Shown here: positions 39,027 to 53,221 of the stretch, piece by piece | How positions within the stretch are numbered: position 1 is the stretch's first letter | Layout: the number at the start of each line of letters is the position of its first letter | DNA from: Octopus bimaculoides | Lineage: Eukaryota | Length of the DNA stretch: 59,740 nucleotides | Assembly (NCBI RefSeq): GCF_001194135.2 | Contig: NC_068999.1 | Location: 19,895,131 to 19,954,870 of the forward strand | Direction: 5' to 3' | Notes under the pieces: model-generated | What the model was told of the DNA's origin: nothing | What the model saw: only the letters and a program-made list of their open reading frames with translations | Databases searched by the model: none | Translations under genes and position numbers: made by a program

Positions 39027-41321
39027 ATATTTATGTATGTATGTATGTATGTATGTATGTATGTATGTATGTATGTAGAGCTACACACGTATATTCCACA
39101 TCATCTTTACGAGCATCTTTCTGCTAAATTCGCTTCAAATACATTGATCTGTCTTGGTCCAATTTAGAAGACGATTTTCCAAGAGGCCGTTCAATTTGAC
39201 TGAATTTGAAAACAAAACTTCATGAAGCGTTCACAACTCCGCCAGGGCAAGACAAATTTTGCAGAAAGAATAGATCATAATATATATGATTTCTTGATTC
39301 TATCATATAACACGCACGTATGCAATTTCACGTCAATATTTCTTTTTTAATATAAGTTTACACAAGTCTAACGGTTTTCGCATGGACGGTTAAAATTCAA
39401 CTATGAGTATATTATCACACATTTGTCATGTAATACTGGTGGATGAGTGGTATGCATCGCTCCTATTATTGATTACACTAAATGCGGTTTAGCTGTAAAT
39501 TTTGCATATATCATATCTAAATTGTATTTGGCCTTACTCAATTATATTGTATTGTTTTCAATATGGAGATAAATATAATAAGAAGGTATCTGTGCAATTA
39601 TAGATGAACAATTAAATGGTTCGACTGCATTAAAATAAATCACAATTTCGAATAGATTTCCTCTTATTAATGTCTTACACTTTTCACTTATTTTACTGTT
39701 ATCACAAAGAAACACAACCTACAAACGTGTGGTCGATTAAATCAAGCTCTATGCTTATTTTATATACTAACATGTATCTGTAAATATTTAAGAGGTGAAT
39801 AGGAAAGTAACCCCGAGCGTAGTTTGGGTTCCGAACTCAAAATCACCCAGCAAAATACTACAATGTGATTTGATATGTTGAGCTACCGATTAAAGCAGTC
39901 ATGCATTGTGATATTTTTCCTCTGCCTCGTTGTTCTTTGCAACAAGAAATTCTATTTTACACAAGAGTGTCATACACTTATGGGATCTAGTATTTTTCTA
40001 AAGCAATCGCATTTTTATAATATTGTTAGACATCGTGTAATAGACATTTAGTCGACAGAGCTTAACGTTTTATATGCATTTCTTAGCAATAATACCTCAT
40101 TTTGATAACCTAGACGGACATCTACTGAATTAGAATTCCTGAGGTTTATAGTTTCAACTCCCTATGAATGTTATGTCATTGTTTGTTATAAAATGCGTCA
40201 CATCTGTTTTGTAATGTTATGCCATTTGCTTATTTTTTATTGACAAGAGGACAATATGTATATTTATTTCTATGCGGTATTTTTACGCTGAGATTTCTTT
40301 TATTTTCTGCAATTCTAAAAACCTCAGTCATCGATGTGCATGCGTTAATGTTTTTGCTCCCTATACGATTTATTTCGGATATGCTCAGGGGAATTTTGTT
40401 TTTTTACATTATTATTTATCTTTATTATGCTTCGTGCAAATCTGATATATAATTGCCTGCTCTCTTGGGCGTTCAGCACAATTAAGCTTAGAGCTTACGG
40501 ATTTTTATAGAATTTCTAGAAACACATTTTTGCGATTTTATCCTTTCAAATTCACACTCGCAGATATCAGTCCATAGAAACACGTACAGATTTATGAGGC
40601 GGTGTGAATGCTTGTGTGTGCGCCTGCAATACATACGTGCATACGTGTATGTTCTATTTGTGTAAATAGGGAATGGATTTTTATACTTGCATATTCTGTA
40701 TTGAAAGCATGACTAGGATTTAGTTTGTATTTTAGCACATCTTCTACATATTTTCGCGCGACTTCCTTGCAGTTTATTTGTGACAATAAAGTTGAGAATA
40801 CATTATAATTATCGTTTCTCATGAGTGACTGCGTAGGAATGTAACTCAGATTCTAGAAATCATAGCGGTACCTATCGTAGCGCTGCCTACAGTAAGGAAG
40901 CAACACTATATATCGACGACTGTTCTTATAGAAATTCAGAGATTCAACGTCTAAACATGGAAGATTTGTTGGAAGATTTGGACATCTAACGGCCGCAAAA
41001 TGTGGAACACTCTAAACGAACATTACACACAACATTTTATCTACCCAATATTTAAATACATATATGCCCCAATATCAAAGTATAGGCCGATCCTTGAGTT
41101 GCTTGTATAAACGGCTATTGCCAATGCGCATTCATTTCTATCTTATGTTGAACCGTCAGTATCTATACGTGTTATATGGTCAAAATACCACCGTAGTGAA
41201 TATAATAACGAAGTAAATATATAAATTAATATTAATAAGGATGAGATCGTTATATAAAATACCGATCATATAAAGTAGCCATCATGGGAATAAAAAGATT
41301 ATAGGTAATAATTATTATCAA

Positions 41322-41697
41322 AATTGTAATTAAGGATATCTAAAAGATATCACCATGCTACAGATAGCAGTCAAAACTTGACTCTAATCCACATCATGTA
41401 TTCATACAGCATCAGAAGAGAAGACACAGACAAATAAACTAGAAAAAATTAATGCCAGATCCGGATTTCTATGTGTGTATACGTGCGTATATGTAAGCAT
41501 TCGTATGTTGTGTATTTATATATTTGTAATTTTGTACTATCATCCCACTGATGAGGCAGAGCATATTTTTATGCAATCTAAAAATCGGGATCTAGGATTG
41601 TCGAATAATTTTTGCTAGTTTATTTGTGTGTCTTTTCTCTTGATGCTGTATGAATATATGATGTGGTTTGGGAGTCAAGTTTTGACTGCTATCTGAA
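41322..41697. repeat. Inverted pair of a ~110-150-bp repeat (41358-41470 and 41580-41697)
   Basis: cagatagcagtcaaaacttgactc..attcatacagcatc..aaataaactag occurs on the + strand and again in reverse complement. Confidence 0.85.
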
Positions 41698-41724
41698 AAG
41701 CTACATATAGAACTGTAACATTTA

Positions 41725-41815
41725 ATGCACCTCAACATTGGCTGCCCGTATCCAAATAAGGGAGTCCTAACTACCAATGCCTACGCAGACGACACGCTGA
41801 TCTTCCAGTCCTATG
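41725..41815 (+). pseudogene. Possible non-LTR RT catalytic fragment (AYADD)
   Basis: MHLNIGCPYPNKGVLTTNAYADDTLIF, with YADD at 41782-41793. No other RT motifs nearby. Confidence 0.35.
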
Positions 41816-42482
41816 CATTCCCTCTAAACAACCACTTCCGTGTCCATTTTTGTGAATGTGCACACACACATATATCTATGTAAGTATGATTTTCCTCTGT
41901 TACTTTCCCTCCTCCAACAGAAGCTAATTTTTTACCTATAAAACCACCAAATTCCCTCCACAAGCAGCAGCGCTGTTCTGCTGCATTACCATACATCTGG
42001 TATGCTCGCCCACATTAATACCAAAATCATCATTGTATATATTATCATAAACACACCGATGCTTGTACCCACCTGGTGTGATACGCACCCGCACCATACA
42101 CACACGCACACGCATATACGCTGCGCTAACAAGCTGATGCAATCAGCTCACCAACAAATTATCCTTTCTAATGCATGTTCTCGCTGCAATGTCGTTTTCC
42201 ATGTGAACTGCCTTGACGAATGGGCATCCCTGTTACTTGGATCCGTCGAGGACTTCCTGCATTACTTTTTTTGGGGAACTGAGCCCGATGTACTATGTTT
42301 CTGTAAGAAACCAACGAAACTTTAAATCATAGGCGCCGCATCAAACTGTTTAAATTATAATAGATGTCACTCGTACTAAATGTGTTGAGTGCATCTTTCT
42401 TTTTATTAGCCCACTCATTCGTATGCATTCATATCTAAATATCTACACCTTTTTTATCAATCTACGTATCTGTCTCTCTCCC

Positions 42483-42523
<41 letters not shown>

Positions 42524-42686
42524 NNNNNNNNNNNNNNNNNNNNNNNNNNNNNNNNNNNNNNNNNNNNNNNNNNNNNNNNNNNNNNNNNNNNNNNNNNNNN
42601 NNNNNNNNNNNNNNNNNNNNNNNNNNNNNNNNNNNNNNNNNNNNNNNNNNNNNNNNNNNNNNNNNNNNNNNNNNNNNNNNNNNNAT

Positions 42687-42850
42687 AATTATAACTAAGG
42701 GCATTTAAAAGATACCATCATGCTAGAGATAGCACTCAAAACTTGACTCTAAAAACCACATCAAATATTCATACAGCACTAAGAGAGAAGACAAAGAGGC
42801 AAAATGAACTAGCAAAAATTATTGGATAATTCCAGATCCTGGATTTCTGG
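42687..42850 (+). repeat. Third, diverged copy of the 41.3-41.7 kb repeat
   Basis: aattataactaagggcatttaaaagataccatcatgctagagatagcactcaaaacttgactc aligns with the sequence from 41322 onward. Confidence 0.8.
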
Positions 42851-43370
42851 CTTTGCATAAGAAATGCTTTTAATGTATTAAGAATAGTAAAAGAGTGAAT
42901 AGTGATAAAACATACGTTGTAGGTAAAAGCATAACAAGAGCTTGTTTTTGTCAAGAAGGAAGTGCTTCTCAAGCAAGGAGTATCACCAAGCATCTCGGTC
43001 TACAATTTTCTTTTATTACTTTAAGTTGACATTCATTAATCTGCACAGGTCGTTTCGTGTTTTATTCCTTGGCAATTTTCCTATCAAGGTTGGGCATCGG
43101 AAAATCTTTTACCAGCTTCTCTGATGCAAATGTATCATATCACAATACTATCAATGTTTTTTTCTAATTTGTACACTACCTATGATACATCTTATACAAT
43201 GTTTTTCTTTCCCATATGCACATTGATGTCGCACGACCTGCATTCACAGCCTCAAGTTTCCTAGTTTTGTAGGGTTACTATTTCTATACAACCATAACAC
43301 AATTTACATGTTTCTCTGCGGGAGAGGTCTGTTGTATCAACCGACATATTGATTCATAAATAGATAGACT

Positions 43371-43401
<31 letters not shown>

Positions 43402-43669
43402 GGACAGACAGATGGATAGATAGATAGATAGATAGATTGACAGAAAGATATAAATGTATATGTGTGTATTTATATATATGTATGTGTATNNNNNNNNNNN
43501 NNNNNNNNNNNNNNNNNNNNNNNNNNNNNNNNNNNNNNNNNNNNNNNNNNNNNNNNNNNNNNNNNNNNNNNNNNNNNNNNNNNNNNNNNNNNNNNNNNNN
43601 NNNNNNNNNNNNNNNNNNNNNNNNNNNNNNNNNNNNNNNNNNNNNNNCGAATATAATTATATACGCATG

Positions 43670-43701
<32 letters not shown>

Positions 43702-44982
43702 CATATATACGAATATAATTATATACGCATGTATATATATATATACATATATATACAAATAAAATGATACACGCAAAGATATACGCGTGTATACTTTATA
43801 TAGATATACATAATAATAAGTAAATTGAAAGAGTATTCAATAGATAACAGTAGAGAATGGTGTATATTTTACAAGATCTAATGGTGCAGTGAATTCGAAG
43901 CTAGTCTAAAACCTACATGTTTCTCTGCAGTATCCGTGAACCAGACTTAACTAATCATATAACGGTCTACCCAAGCTAAAGTAGAACATACTTTTCGAAA
44001 ATATCGTACCGAGAGAACGAGTCAGTGAAGCGAACGATTTTAGAAAGAGTCTAAAAATGTTTCGCATAAATGTGGAAAGTGGTATAAAATCGTTGTTAGT
44101 AACTGAATTCACAGGTAAAAATCATCTTTAAATTTATGTGATGGGAACGAAAACAAAATAAAATAGCATTTATATACATAGTATTTTGTCATTTGACTAC
44201 ATACGTGATTTCATGTATACATTCAGAATCAAGAATATGCACATCGATTTGTTTTACATTCAAATAGGATCACTGATAAGGAAGTGATCGCATCGATATG
44301 CATATATGTATATGTGCGTGTGTGCACGTGTGAATATATATATATACATATGTGTGTGTAGGGGTGTATATATACATACATACATACATATATGTATGCG
44401 TGTATGTATCGTATCATGATTAAGAACTTGTTAACTTTCTTTGAATATTGGAGAAAATACTTGATGCATCAATTTATTGAATATTTAGAACCCAAAACTA
44501 CCCTACCGTTCAACGAAACGATTTTCATTTTTCGATGATGGTGTATGGTTCAGTTTAAGGAGCAGGGAATATTTACGCTTGCATAGAGTATAGATTTTTA
44601 ACTGACATTAATATGTATTTGATGTTCACTAATACAATAATTTTATAGCTCCACCTACTTCTAAATGAAACCATATTACTAGAGATTCCGTATATTTCAG
44701 TAATTTGTCTCAACATCTAATTTGTGTCCGATATATACGGGATTTTCTAAAAATATGTAATTAGCATTAATAATTGTGTTTTTCGCATATTTATTACTCA
44801 ATATATGTATGAATTAATATCATTCATTTAGAAGTGATATAGTCATGCTATACTAGAAAGAAAAGTGAACAGTAGGATGCGAAGAAATCAATGACGAACT
44901 GAATCGACAGCTAGCAATTATTCAGTTTCGAACTGCTTATAACAAAGGTAGTTACAGCGAGCTAAACACGCGTAGATAGCTA

Positions 44983-45099
<117 letters not shown>

Positions 45100-45915
45100 A
45101 AAGAGGGTCATAGAATCTGGAACCTCTTAGGTTATATCAATTAACTCGATATGCATTCTGTACCTTATGTCTGATGATGATAGCATTCAAGGTAATATTT
45201 GATGAAATTGATAATCCGACATAAAAATAATATTTTTATTCTTAATACGAATATTTACGTCATTTAATTATAGGATCTGAGACAAATCTGTATAGTTACT
45301 ATTGCAGAATATTGATTGAATTGCAATATCTGTATTTGAAAATATTTTCTCCGAATTCAACAAAATGAGCTTCCGCACGTTACTTATATAGTAATTTATC
45401 ATATTGCCTTAACAACTTAGTGAGAGGGACATAATATAGTTAATGTTGCATTGGTTTGATATTAACACTTTATCGTTCCGTGTATAATTAATTCTATCAC
45501 GCTTCTTTATTAGAAATGCAACATTGCTCACACAACGATAGCAAAAATTTACAGATATTGCGTTTAGAGCTAATCGGTGGGAATTTTACGATCAGTATTA
45601 ATAGTTTATACAATGATATCTTATTCATAACGGATGCTACTGTGGCCTAGATAAAATTTTCCTTTTTTGCTCAGAACTTGAACAAACAATTATAGAACTA
45701 AAAATTCTGATTTCTTTTTAAAATCTGGGTGTACTATGTTATTTTTGTTATACTGTGCAAATGAAGTTGATGGGTTTGTTCGATAAAATATTACATATTC
45801 TAATGTAATATTTCATCTCCACTAAATGTTTTATAACAGGCTATGGCGTTTTAGCGATACAATTTCTCATCTCCTTTAAAATATTCTCATTCGCCAACTC
45901 ACAAAAATGGCACAG

Positions 45916-46209
45916 CCTATGAACTCCTGCAGTAGCATTAAGTTATGTGTTCAATTTCTGAACAAATTCTAATAGTAGGAACACAAATCGGATAACACAA
46001 TCGTAGATAAACTCTTGTTTGTAAAATTAGTATGTTAAAAGGAATGGAATTCCCTTCATCATATATATGTATATATATATATATNNNNNNNNNNAATGAT
46101 GCAACCTAAGATCGCCTGCAGTATCATTAAGTTACAGGTTCAATATCATATCTGAACAAACTTTGTGATAGAAGGAAACACAAACTGAATAATACAGTCT
46201 TACATAAGC
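45916..46209. repeat. Diverged ~100-bp direct duplication (45916-46012 and 46105-46209)
   Basis: cctgcagta(g/t)cattaagtta..ttcaat..tctgaacaaa..aacacaaa is present in both copies, with many substitutions. Confidence 0.7.
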
Positions 46210-46559
46210 ACTTGCTCATAAAACTAGTTAGTTATCACGAATGGAATACTTTTTATCATATATATCAGTGATGACTCGTGATAAAGTCTTAATAACAATG
46301 ACAATTAGTTGTAATGAAAAATATTTACAAAGTTGATAACCACCAGCTCACCGTTCACTGTTTCAGCTACAATATCAAATAAATAGGAAGTTCATATTCT
46401 CTGTTTCAAATGCAATCATATGTACGGCAGTGTGAGAAAAGGGATATTGAATAAATGGAAGTTAGAAATGATGGGTGATATAGTGATTACAAGAAGAACA
46501 TCAAGAACTTTGAAGTATGCACTGTAATCTAGAATTGCATTTGATGATACGAAAGTCTC

Positions 46560-47200
46560 TCGAGGATATTCAAGAGGTTTCACAACGCTTGAATGAATAA
46601 AATGACGCGGTTGCCATTATGAGCAGGCAGTCATACAGCAAACGACGTCATTCGTAAATGCAACGCCAAATTTGTCAAGTAGATAAACAACACGCATTCA
46701 TCATATGATATGTGGCAGCATCTTTTCCTCGAAGTCAACGCTGAAGATCAAAATCACCAGAGTAGCGCATAACGGATCAAAGTCTTCGCAACCTTCCTTG
46801 CACATTGATTTCTCTGTCTAATCTCATCATGTTTTGAGTTAAGTCATTCAATCAGCTGCATCGAAACCAAACACTTTACCACAAGTGTGCGGTGAGCATG
46901 TTTTTGCCAAGGAAGAAATGTGAGAAACTATACTGTTAATGAACTCAAGAAATTGATCTAATTCCAACTCATATATATTCAAAAGATGAACGCAATGGAT
47001 ATGGAGAAGAATTTGGACGTTAAATTCTTTTTTTAAAGTTTCACAGATAGTACTCGATACAGAAAGGAACGAATACATGCCGCAATGTCATGCGTCTATT
47101 GTTTTAGCATTCCAGAACTCTTCATGTCTGTTACTTCCTATTCAAAATACCAAAACGATACCTGTACATGTCAACAATATTAGCAAACATCGTTCTCACA
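46560..47200 (-). pseudogene. Highly degenerate hAT-like transposase fragment
   Basis: Minus translation: *THDIAAC (QTYDGA-like), LKKEF..HIHCVHLLN (HIHC.AH.LN-like), SIVSHISS, then T**D (decayed TRW). The motifs are in the expected order. Confidence 0.45.
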
Positions 47201-48480
47201 GTCAAGGTTGTCCACTGTAAATTATTGAAGTTGATAGATTTAATTACTAAGTGCCAAATGCTTGAGTGTATCAGGTCTCATATGTAAGGACAAAACGTTA
47301 CTTGCTACGTTCACAATCAAAATAATTCCATCATATCAACAGCACTTCAAGAGAGGAAGCTTCCATCAAACTTCTTGTAAATCCAAAGGATTTTGATGCT
47401 TCAGGAGAATTCAAAAGGAATTTATTTTGCATAAAAATGAAGGCAAGTTTTATACGTTTTCCAAATATATATAACAAGACTTATACAGGTAAATATGGCT
47501 ACACGTTTTATACAAGAAGGGCACAGGAGACTAGAAACGTCGACAAAATGACTGAATCGTAAAAAATTGACAAGGGGAAGATAATTTCCTAAGTTTGCTG
47601 TTCAATAATTCGATAAAAAGTGAGTGAATGAATGAAAAAAGAATCTTTTACTGCAATACTTATTCTGACGAAACTAAATATCCGCGAGAAATTATACAAT
47701 CGCAAGTGTGAATATGCACAATATATCATGAGTCATTCTGGCATTTTTACACGTTTCCATTCAGAAAACATTCGGGCGTTGTGCATTAAGGGTGATATAT
47801 TTATTGTTACTGTATACTCCTTATTTAAACGAAATGATTTAGAAATAGATTAAAATGTTGCCATTTCTAATTGCCTAAAAGTGCAGCGTTTCATGTGAAT
47901 ATACTCAAATTTTAAAATGATATTTTTTGCAAATTTTATGTTTCCGTGTACAATAATTGTTTCATACATATTTATGCATGTTGCCATTAGAAAACTCAGC
48001 TTTCATACAGCTGAGTTATCTATATGCGTTATCTATAAGTTGTACCCATGGCTAACCATTCAAATAATTTCTCTATTGGTTTTTGAAATGTTTGTCTTGG
48101 AATTGTAACCCTTTGGGGAATGTAGTTATATAATGGTTTATTTATTGTATTGCGAGAGAATTTTCGATCGTAGCTTGCACTCTGGTTCGAAAACGCACAA
48201 ATTGGCACAGTATATAAGACAGGTGAACGTGTTTATATATATGCATATGTATTCACTCACGTATGCAAAATGAATGCATANNNNNNNNNNNNNNNNNNNN
48301 NNNNNNNNNNNNNNNNNNNNNNNNNNNNNNNNNNNNNNNNNNNNNNNNNNNNNNNNNNNNNNNNNNNNNNNNNNNNNNNNNNNNNNNNNNNNNNNNNNNN
48401 NNNNNNNNNNNNNNNNNNNNNNNNNNNNNNNNNNNNNNNNNNNNNNNNNNNNNNNNNNNNNNNNNNNNNNNNNNNNNNNN

Positions 48481-48538
<58 letters not shown>

Positions 48539-48660
48539 TGTATATGTATATATATGTATATATGAATTAGAATTAAGGATGAAATATATATTTGATTTTA
48601 TCAGGTCGTCAGCATGTAGTAATCAATGAAGGTAAAAAGTTAACAGAATATGTAATTTAA

Positions 48661-49330
48661 TAAGTATATATATAAAACCATATTAAGGGCAAACAGGCGA
48701 AGTCACATGCGGAAAGAAGACGCCAAATGGTGCAAAACTACCTTAAGTATTATGTCCTTGGAGTATGCAGAGCTGTTTATAAATATATGCATATGATTCT
48801 GTTATGAGGTTAGCTGAACCTCTTCATGAATCTTTTCGTTTATACAATCGCTTTCAGTGCGTGTTTTACGCAATACCTAAGGTAGTCTTGCGCCATTTAG
48901 CATCCACTTTAATTAATATATATATTTTCACCTAAACAAAGCATTATTCACTGTTGAATTATTTGGTTATTCATGCGTGGCTGAGATCAACAAAGTAGAT
49001 TTTTGAATTTCAGTTCCTGCATAAGTGTAGACAGATGTGTATGCACTGTGGAAGTATTGCGTTCCTGGGGCTTGTAGAGCTCTTTATAATCATATGAATA
49101 TGGTTGTATTATGGTGATGAAGAAAAACGGCTTTTCCCCATCATTCCGAAATGAATTGATCCATAGCTGAACCTAATCATGAATCTTATCGTGTATTCCC
49201 TCGCTTTCAGTGCGTGTTTTAGGTGATACCTGAGGTAGTTATGCGCCATTTGGCGTCTTCTTTCCGCATGTGACTTTGCATGTTGCAAGATTCGCATTTT
49301 GCCCTTAACATAGTTTTATAATAATACTTA
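48661..49330. mobile_element. Foldback/MITE with ~90-bp TIRs and an extra internal right-end copy
   Basis: Left tataaaaccatattaagggcaaa..aagtcacatgcggaaagaagacgccaaatgg pairs with right ccatttggcgtcttctttccgcatgtgactt..tttgcccttaacatagttttata. 48755-48905 is directly repeated at ~49060-49255. Confidence 0.78.
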
Positions 49331-49374
49331 TAACATTATATATTCTATGTATCTATCCATCTATCCATCTCTCT

Positions 49375-49426
<52 letters not shown>

Positions 49427-49637
49427 CCTCCCTCTCTCTCTCCCCTCTATCTTTCTCTCTCCGTCTCTCATTTTTCTCTCCCTTTTTCTCTTTCTCTTTT
49501 TCTTTATCTCTATCTTAATAAATAAATGTGTATATGTGTACGTATGTGTGTATGCATATATATGTGTATGTACGTTCAAATGTTTATGCGTTAAAAAGCG
49601 TTTACGCATATTCATATATGTATGTCTGTATACGTTA

Positions 49638-49669
<32 letters not shown>

Positions 49670-50142
49670 CTCCCTCTCTCTATGTATNNNNNNNNNNNNN
49701 NNNNNNNNNNNNNNNNNNNNNNNNNNNNNNNNNNNNNNNNNNNNNNNNNNNNNNNNNNNNNNNNNNNNNNNNNNNNNNNNNNNNNNNNNNNNNNNNNNNN
49801 NNNNNNNNNNNNNNNNNNNNNNNNNNNNNNNNNNNNNNNNNNNNNNNNNNNNNNNNNNNNNNNNNNNNNNNNNNNNNNNNNNNNNNNNNNNNNNNNNNNN
49901 NNNNNNNNNNNNNNNNNNNNNNNNNNNNNNNNNNNNNNNNNNNNNNNNNNNNNNNNNNNNNNNNNNNNNNNNNNNNNNNNNNNNNNNNNNNNNNNNNNNN
50001 NNNNNNNNNNNNNNNNNNNNNNNNNNNNNNNNNNNNNNNNNNNNNNNNNNNNNNNNNNNNNNNNNNNNNNNNNNNNNNNNNNNNNNNNNNNNNNNNNNNN
50101 NNNNNNNNNNNNNNNNNNNNNNNNNNNNNNNNNNNNNNNNNN

Positions 50143-50204
<62 letters not shown>

Positions 50205-51699
50205 ATGTGTGTGTGTGCATGTGTGTGTGTGTATATGTGTATGTATATGTATATATGTGTGTATATGTGTATGTATATGTATATATGTATGTGTATGTAT
50301 AAGCCAATATTTGTGCGTGTGTATACATACAAATATTGGCTTATACATACACATACATATATACATATACATATACATATATGCGGTGATTTCTGAAGTT
50401 AGTCATGCAATAAATACTTCGCGCATATGGCGGTAACCTAATTCAACCCCTACCTCTTTTTTCATTTTTTCTTTTCTTTTTTTCACGGAATGACACTTTT
50501 TCGGCTATGGAAATTTCGATAATGAAAAAAAAAAAAATAGTGAAAATCATTTCTTATTTTTTTCAGAATTTTTTGTGGGGAAGTAGAAAAATGTGGAGAT
50601 TATGATTCTGAAAAACTATTCTTTGCAAAATTTCAATTTAAGAAAGAAAGGAAAAATAAAATCCCAACCCCTTCCCCTACCGATTCTGCGGCCTTCAAGC
50701 AGGCTATCCATATTCTAGAAATAGCAGCCAAATCTCACAGGAATTTGTTGGGCGAAGAAAACTGCAATAAAATAATGAAAGAAATATGTAATCAATCGAC
50801 TCACCTTTCAGCAAAAATTTGTTTCAGAGAAAATTCCCTCAGTAAAATTAGGTATACCGTGACAAAGTTGTGAAAAAGTATTTGTTGGAGATTTGACTTA
50901 TTTCTGCAATTATATTTTTTGTAACTTTCAAGTTCTACACCTTTTTACCATAAGAGAGATTGTTTTCTCCACTTTAACTACAGTGTATGAGCTTTTAGCA
51001 GTTGAAATATGACAAACATTTCAACTAACCTATATTGTGATTATACGTAAACGATGCATTGCGCCATTACATCGTTATTTTTGTTGATCGGGCGATCTAC
51101 TAACGCAAATGAATCAACATGTTGGCTAAATTATATATAAAGCTATAAGTTTTATTTAGTTTGTTCAGAGTTACCGCTCTTAGGTAAATCTCCTTTTGTT
51201 ATTATCTCATGTTTCATTGTTATTGCACTGTTGTTGTACCTGTTGAGATTCGAACTGTTGTTGATTTGTGAACTGTTGTTTTTGCCTTGCGGGACAGAAA
51301 ATTGTGGAATTTTTGATATTGTTGGAAACGTCTCCTTATTTGAACTCTTTGATTTTTTACCCTGTGTAGGGTTAACAAATATTATTTATGTCATTATTTT
51401 TGGCAAAATATATATATTTTTTGTTAATTTGTATAATCTTTTTGAAGGAATTTATTTTTCTATGAAACTTCATAATGCAGTAAAACTTACTGTCTTCGGA
51501 GGATTTCCCAGAAATGGAAAAGGTACCAAGCAAATAAACTGATAATATGAAACAAGTACTCAAAGAAAAACCCAATCTATCTGCGGCCGAAGGCGGTAAT
51601 ATGAAAAAGCCGGAGATGACTATGGCAGAATTGTTCAAGTAATGGAATCTCACAAAAAATAAAAATAAATTAAAATAAAAATAAAAAAAATACGGAAAC

Positions 51700-52910
51700 G
51701 ATACAAAATTACTCCCTCCACAAGAAATCGTGCAGAATTCAGCTGCGAGAACGGTTGTATATAAGACGTTTAATATAAAGAAGAAAAAAGGATTGTAACA
51801 TGTAAAAATAAAGTAATTGAAATGTGTCTAGCGCCTATATGGAACACAATTGTGTACATTGGACGTGGTAGAAGGAATGCCACGGTCGATGCACAGTTTG
51901 CTAACGAGATCATGGCGAAGGAATTTTCAACCAGAACATTAAAAAAAGGTTGAAACAATTCTGCTACCAGCGTATTGGGGTAGGAGAACTGCAAATGTCA
52001 CTGTGGAAGAAATATCAGCTAGATTCGACGTCATTTTAAAAGCAGCAGCCATCACTTACGATATGGAAGAAAAAATGTCTATTTTACAGATGAAGAAATG
52101 AGAGGCTGAAAATTGGAAGGAGCAGATCCTTGAGGCCATGGTTCAGAACACGCTAGAAGTCCTAAAACGGGTTGCCCGAAAGGGTATTTATAGGGGAGGG
52201 GCTGAGTGTGAGAGTTGCAGTAGAGTGGCGTAGGCTGCTCGATTTAAGTGCGGCGAAAAGGGCCACGTCTGTCTGAATGCAAACCTAAAGAAAAGAAGAG
52301 TGAAACCCCTCCCCCAAAAGAACCGTTAAAGACAGGAGAAAAAAGAGAAACAAATGGCAAGGATATCAAAAGCAGTGGAAGAACCGAAAATACAAGAAAA
52401 AACACAAGGAAAGACACAAGAAATGACTCAAAACTCAGAAGAAGAAACAGACTTTACTGAGGTAAAATCCCAAAACAGCAAAAAGACCCAGCCCCGGATT
52501 CCCCTCCTCATATAAAGAAAACAACTAAGTCAGTTAGAGATACACATGAAAAAGCACCCCACCACATCCACTTGCTAAAACCGATTATCGAACCCCACTC
52601 TAAGACGCAAAATAAAATTGTGTCTTTCAATGACAAAAACGAAGTACTAGCAAGTGTCATTAGAGTACAACTGCAGGTTTACAAAGCCAATAAGGACATG
52701 CCCTCACACATCCGAATCGCGAGGATAGAAGTGGGACTATTCGCCAAACTAAAAGGGAGATATCCCGACGACATAAAAGGTGTGAGCCAAGAGATGACCG
52801 GTGGAACCTTTTTGGTAAATCTAGCGATTAAGCCCCAAAAGAAAAAGGGTGGGGAGGAAGCTGAACTCTTTCTGCCCCACCCCACACGTAAAATGTAAGC
52901 AAGTACACTT
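51700..52910 (+). mobile_element. Degenerate L1/Tx1-like LINE ORF1 region
   Basis: Frameshifted translation RTVVYKTF..IVYIGRGRRNATVDAQF..LLPAYWGRRTANVTV..VRVAVEWRRLL(C)FKCGEKGHV.(S)EC, a CCHC knuckle after an RRM-like region. A K/E/T-rich tract follows, and the element ends at the N gap. Confidence 0.55.
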
Positions 52911-53190
52911 TACAAAGGGAGATTANNNNNNNNNNNNNNNNNNNNNNNNNNNNNNNNNNNNNNNNNNNNNNNNNNNNNNNNNNNNNNNNNNNNNNNNNNN
53001 NNNNNNNNNNNNNNNNNNNNNNNNNNNNNNNNNNNNNNNNNNNNNNNNNNNNNNNNNNNNNNNNNNNNNNNNNNNNNNNNNNNNNNNNNNNNNNNNNNNN
53101 NNNNNATATATATATATATATATATATATACAAACACACAGACACACACATACACACAGACACACACACACACACATATACATACATACA

Positions 53191-53221
<31 letters not shown>

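Noticed and set aside
41547-41570. ctgatgag as a hammerhead core
   Set aside because: No stem II or GAAA follows.
43650-43757. ~61-bp tandem duplication
   Set aside because: Low-complexity TA-rich unit beside a gap; ordinary slippage or an assembly effect.
52572-52898. 108-aa ORF as an independent gene
   Set aside because: It lies in the distal part of the LINE ORF1-like region, starts at TTG and has no independent evidence.
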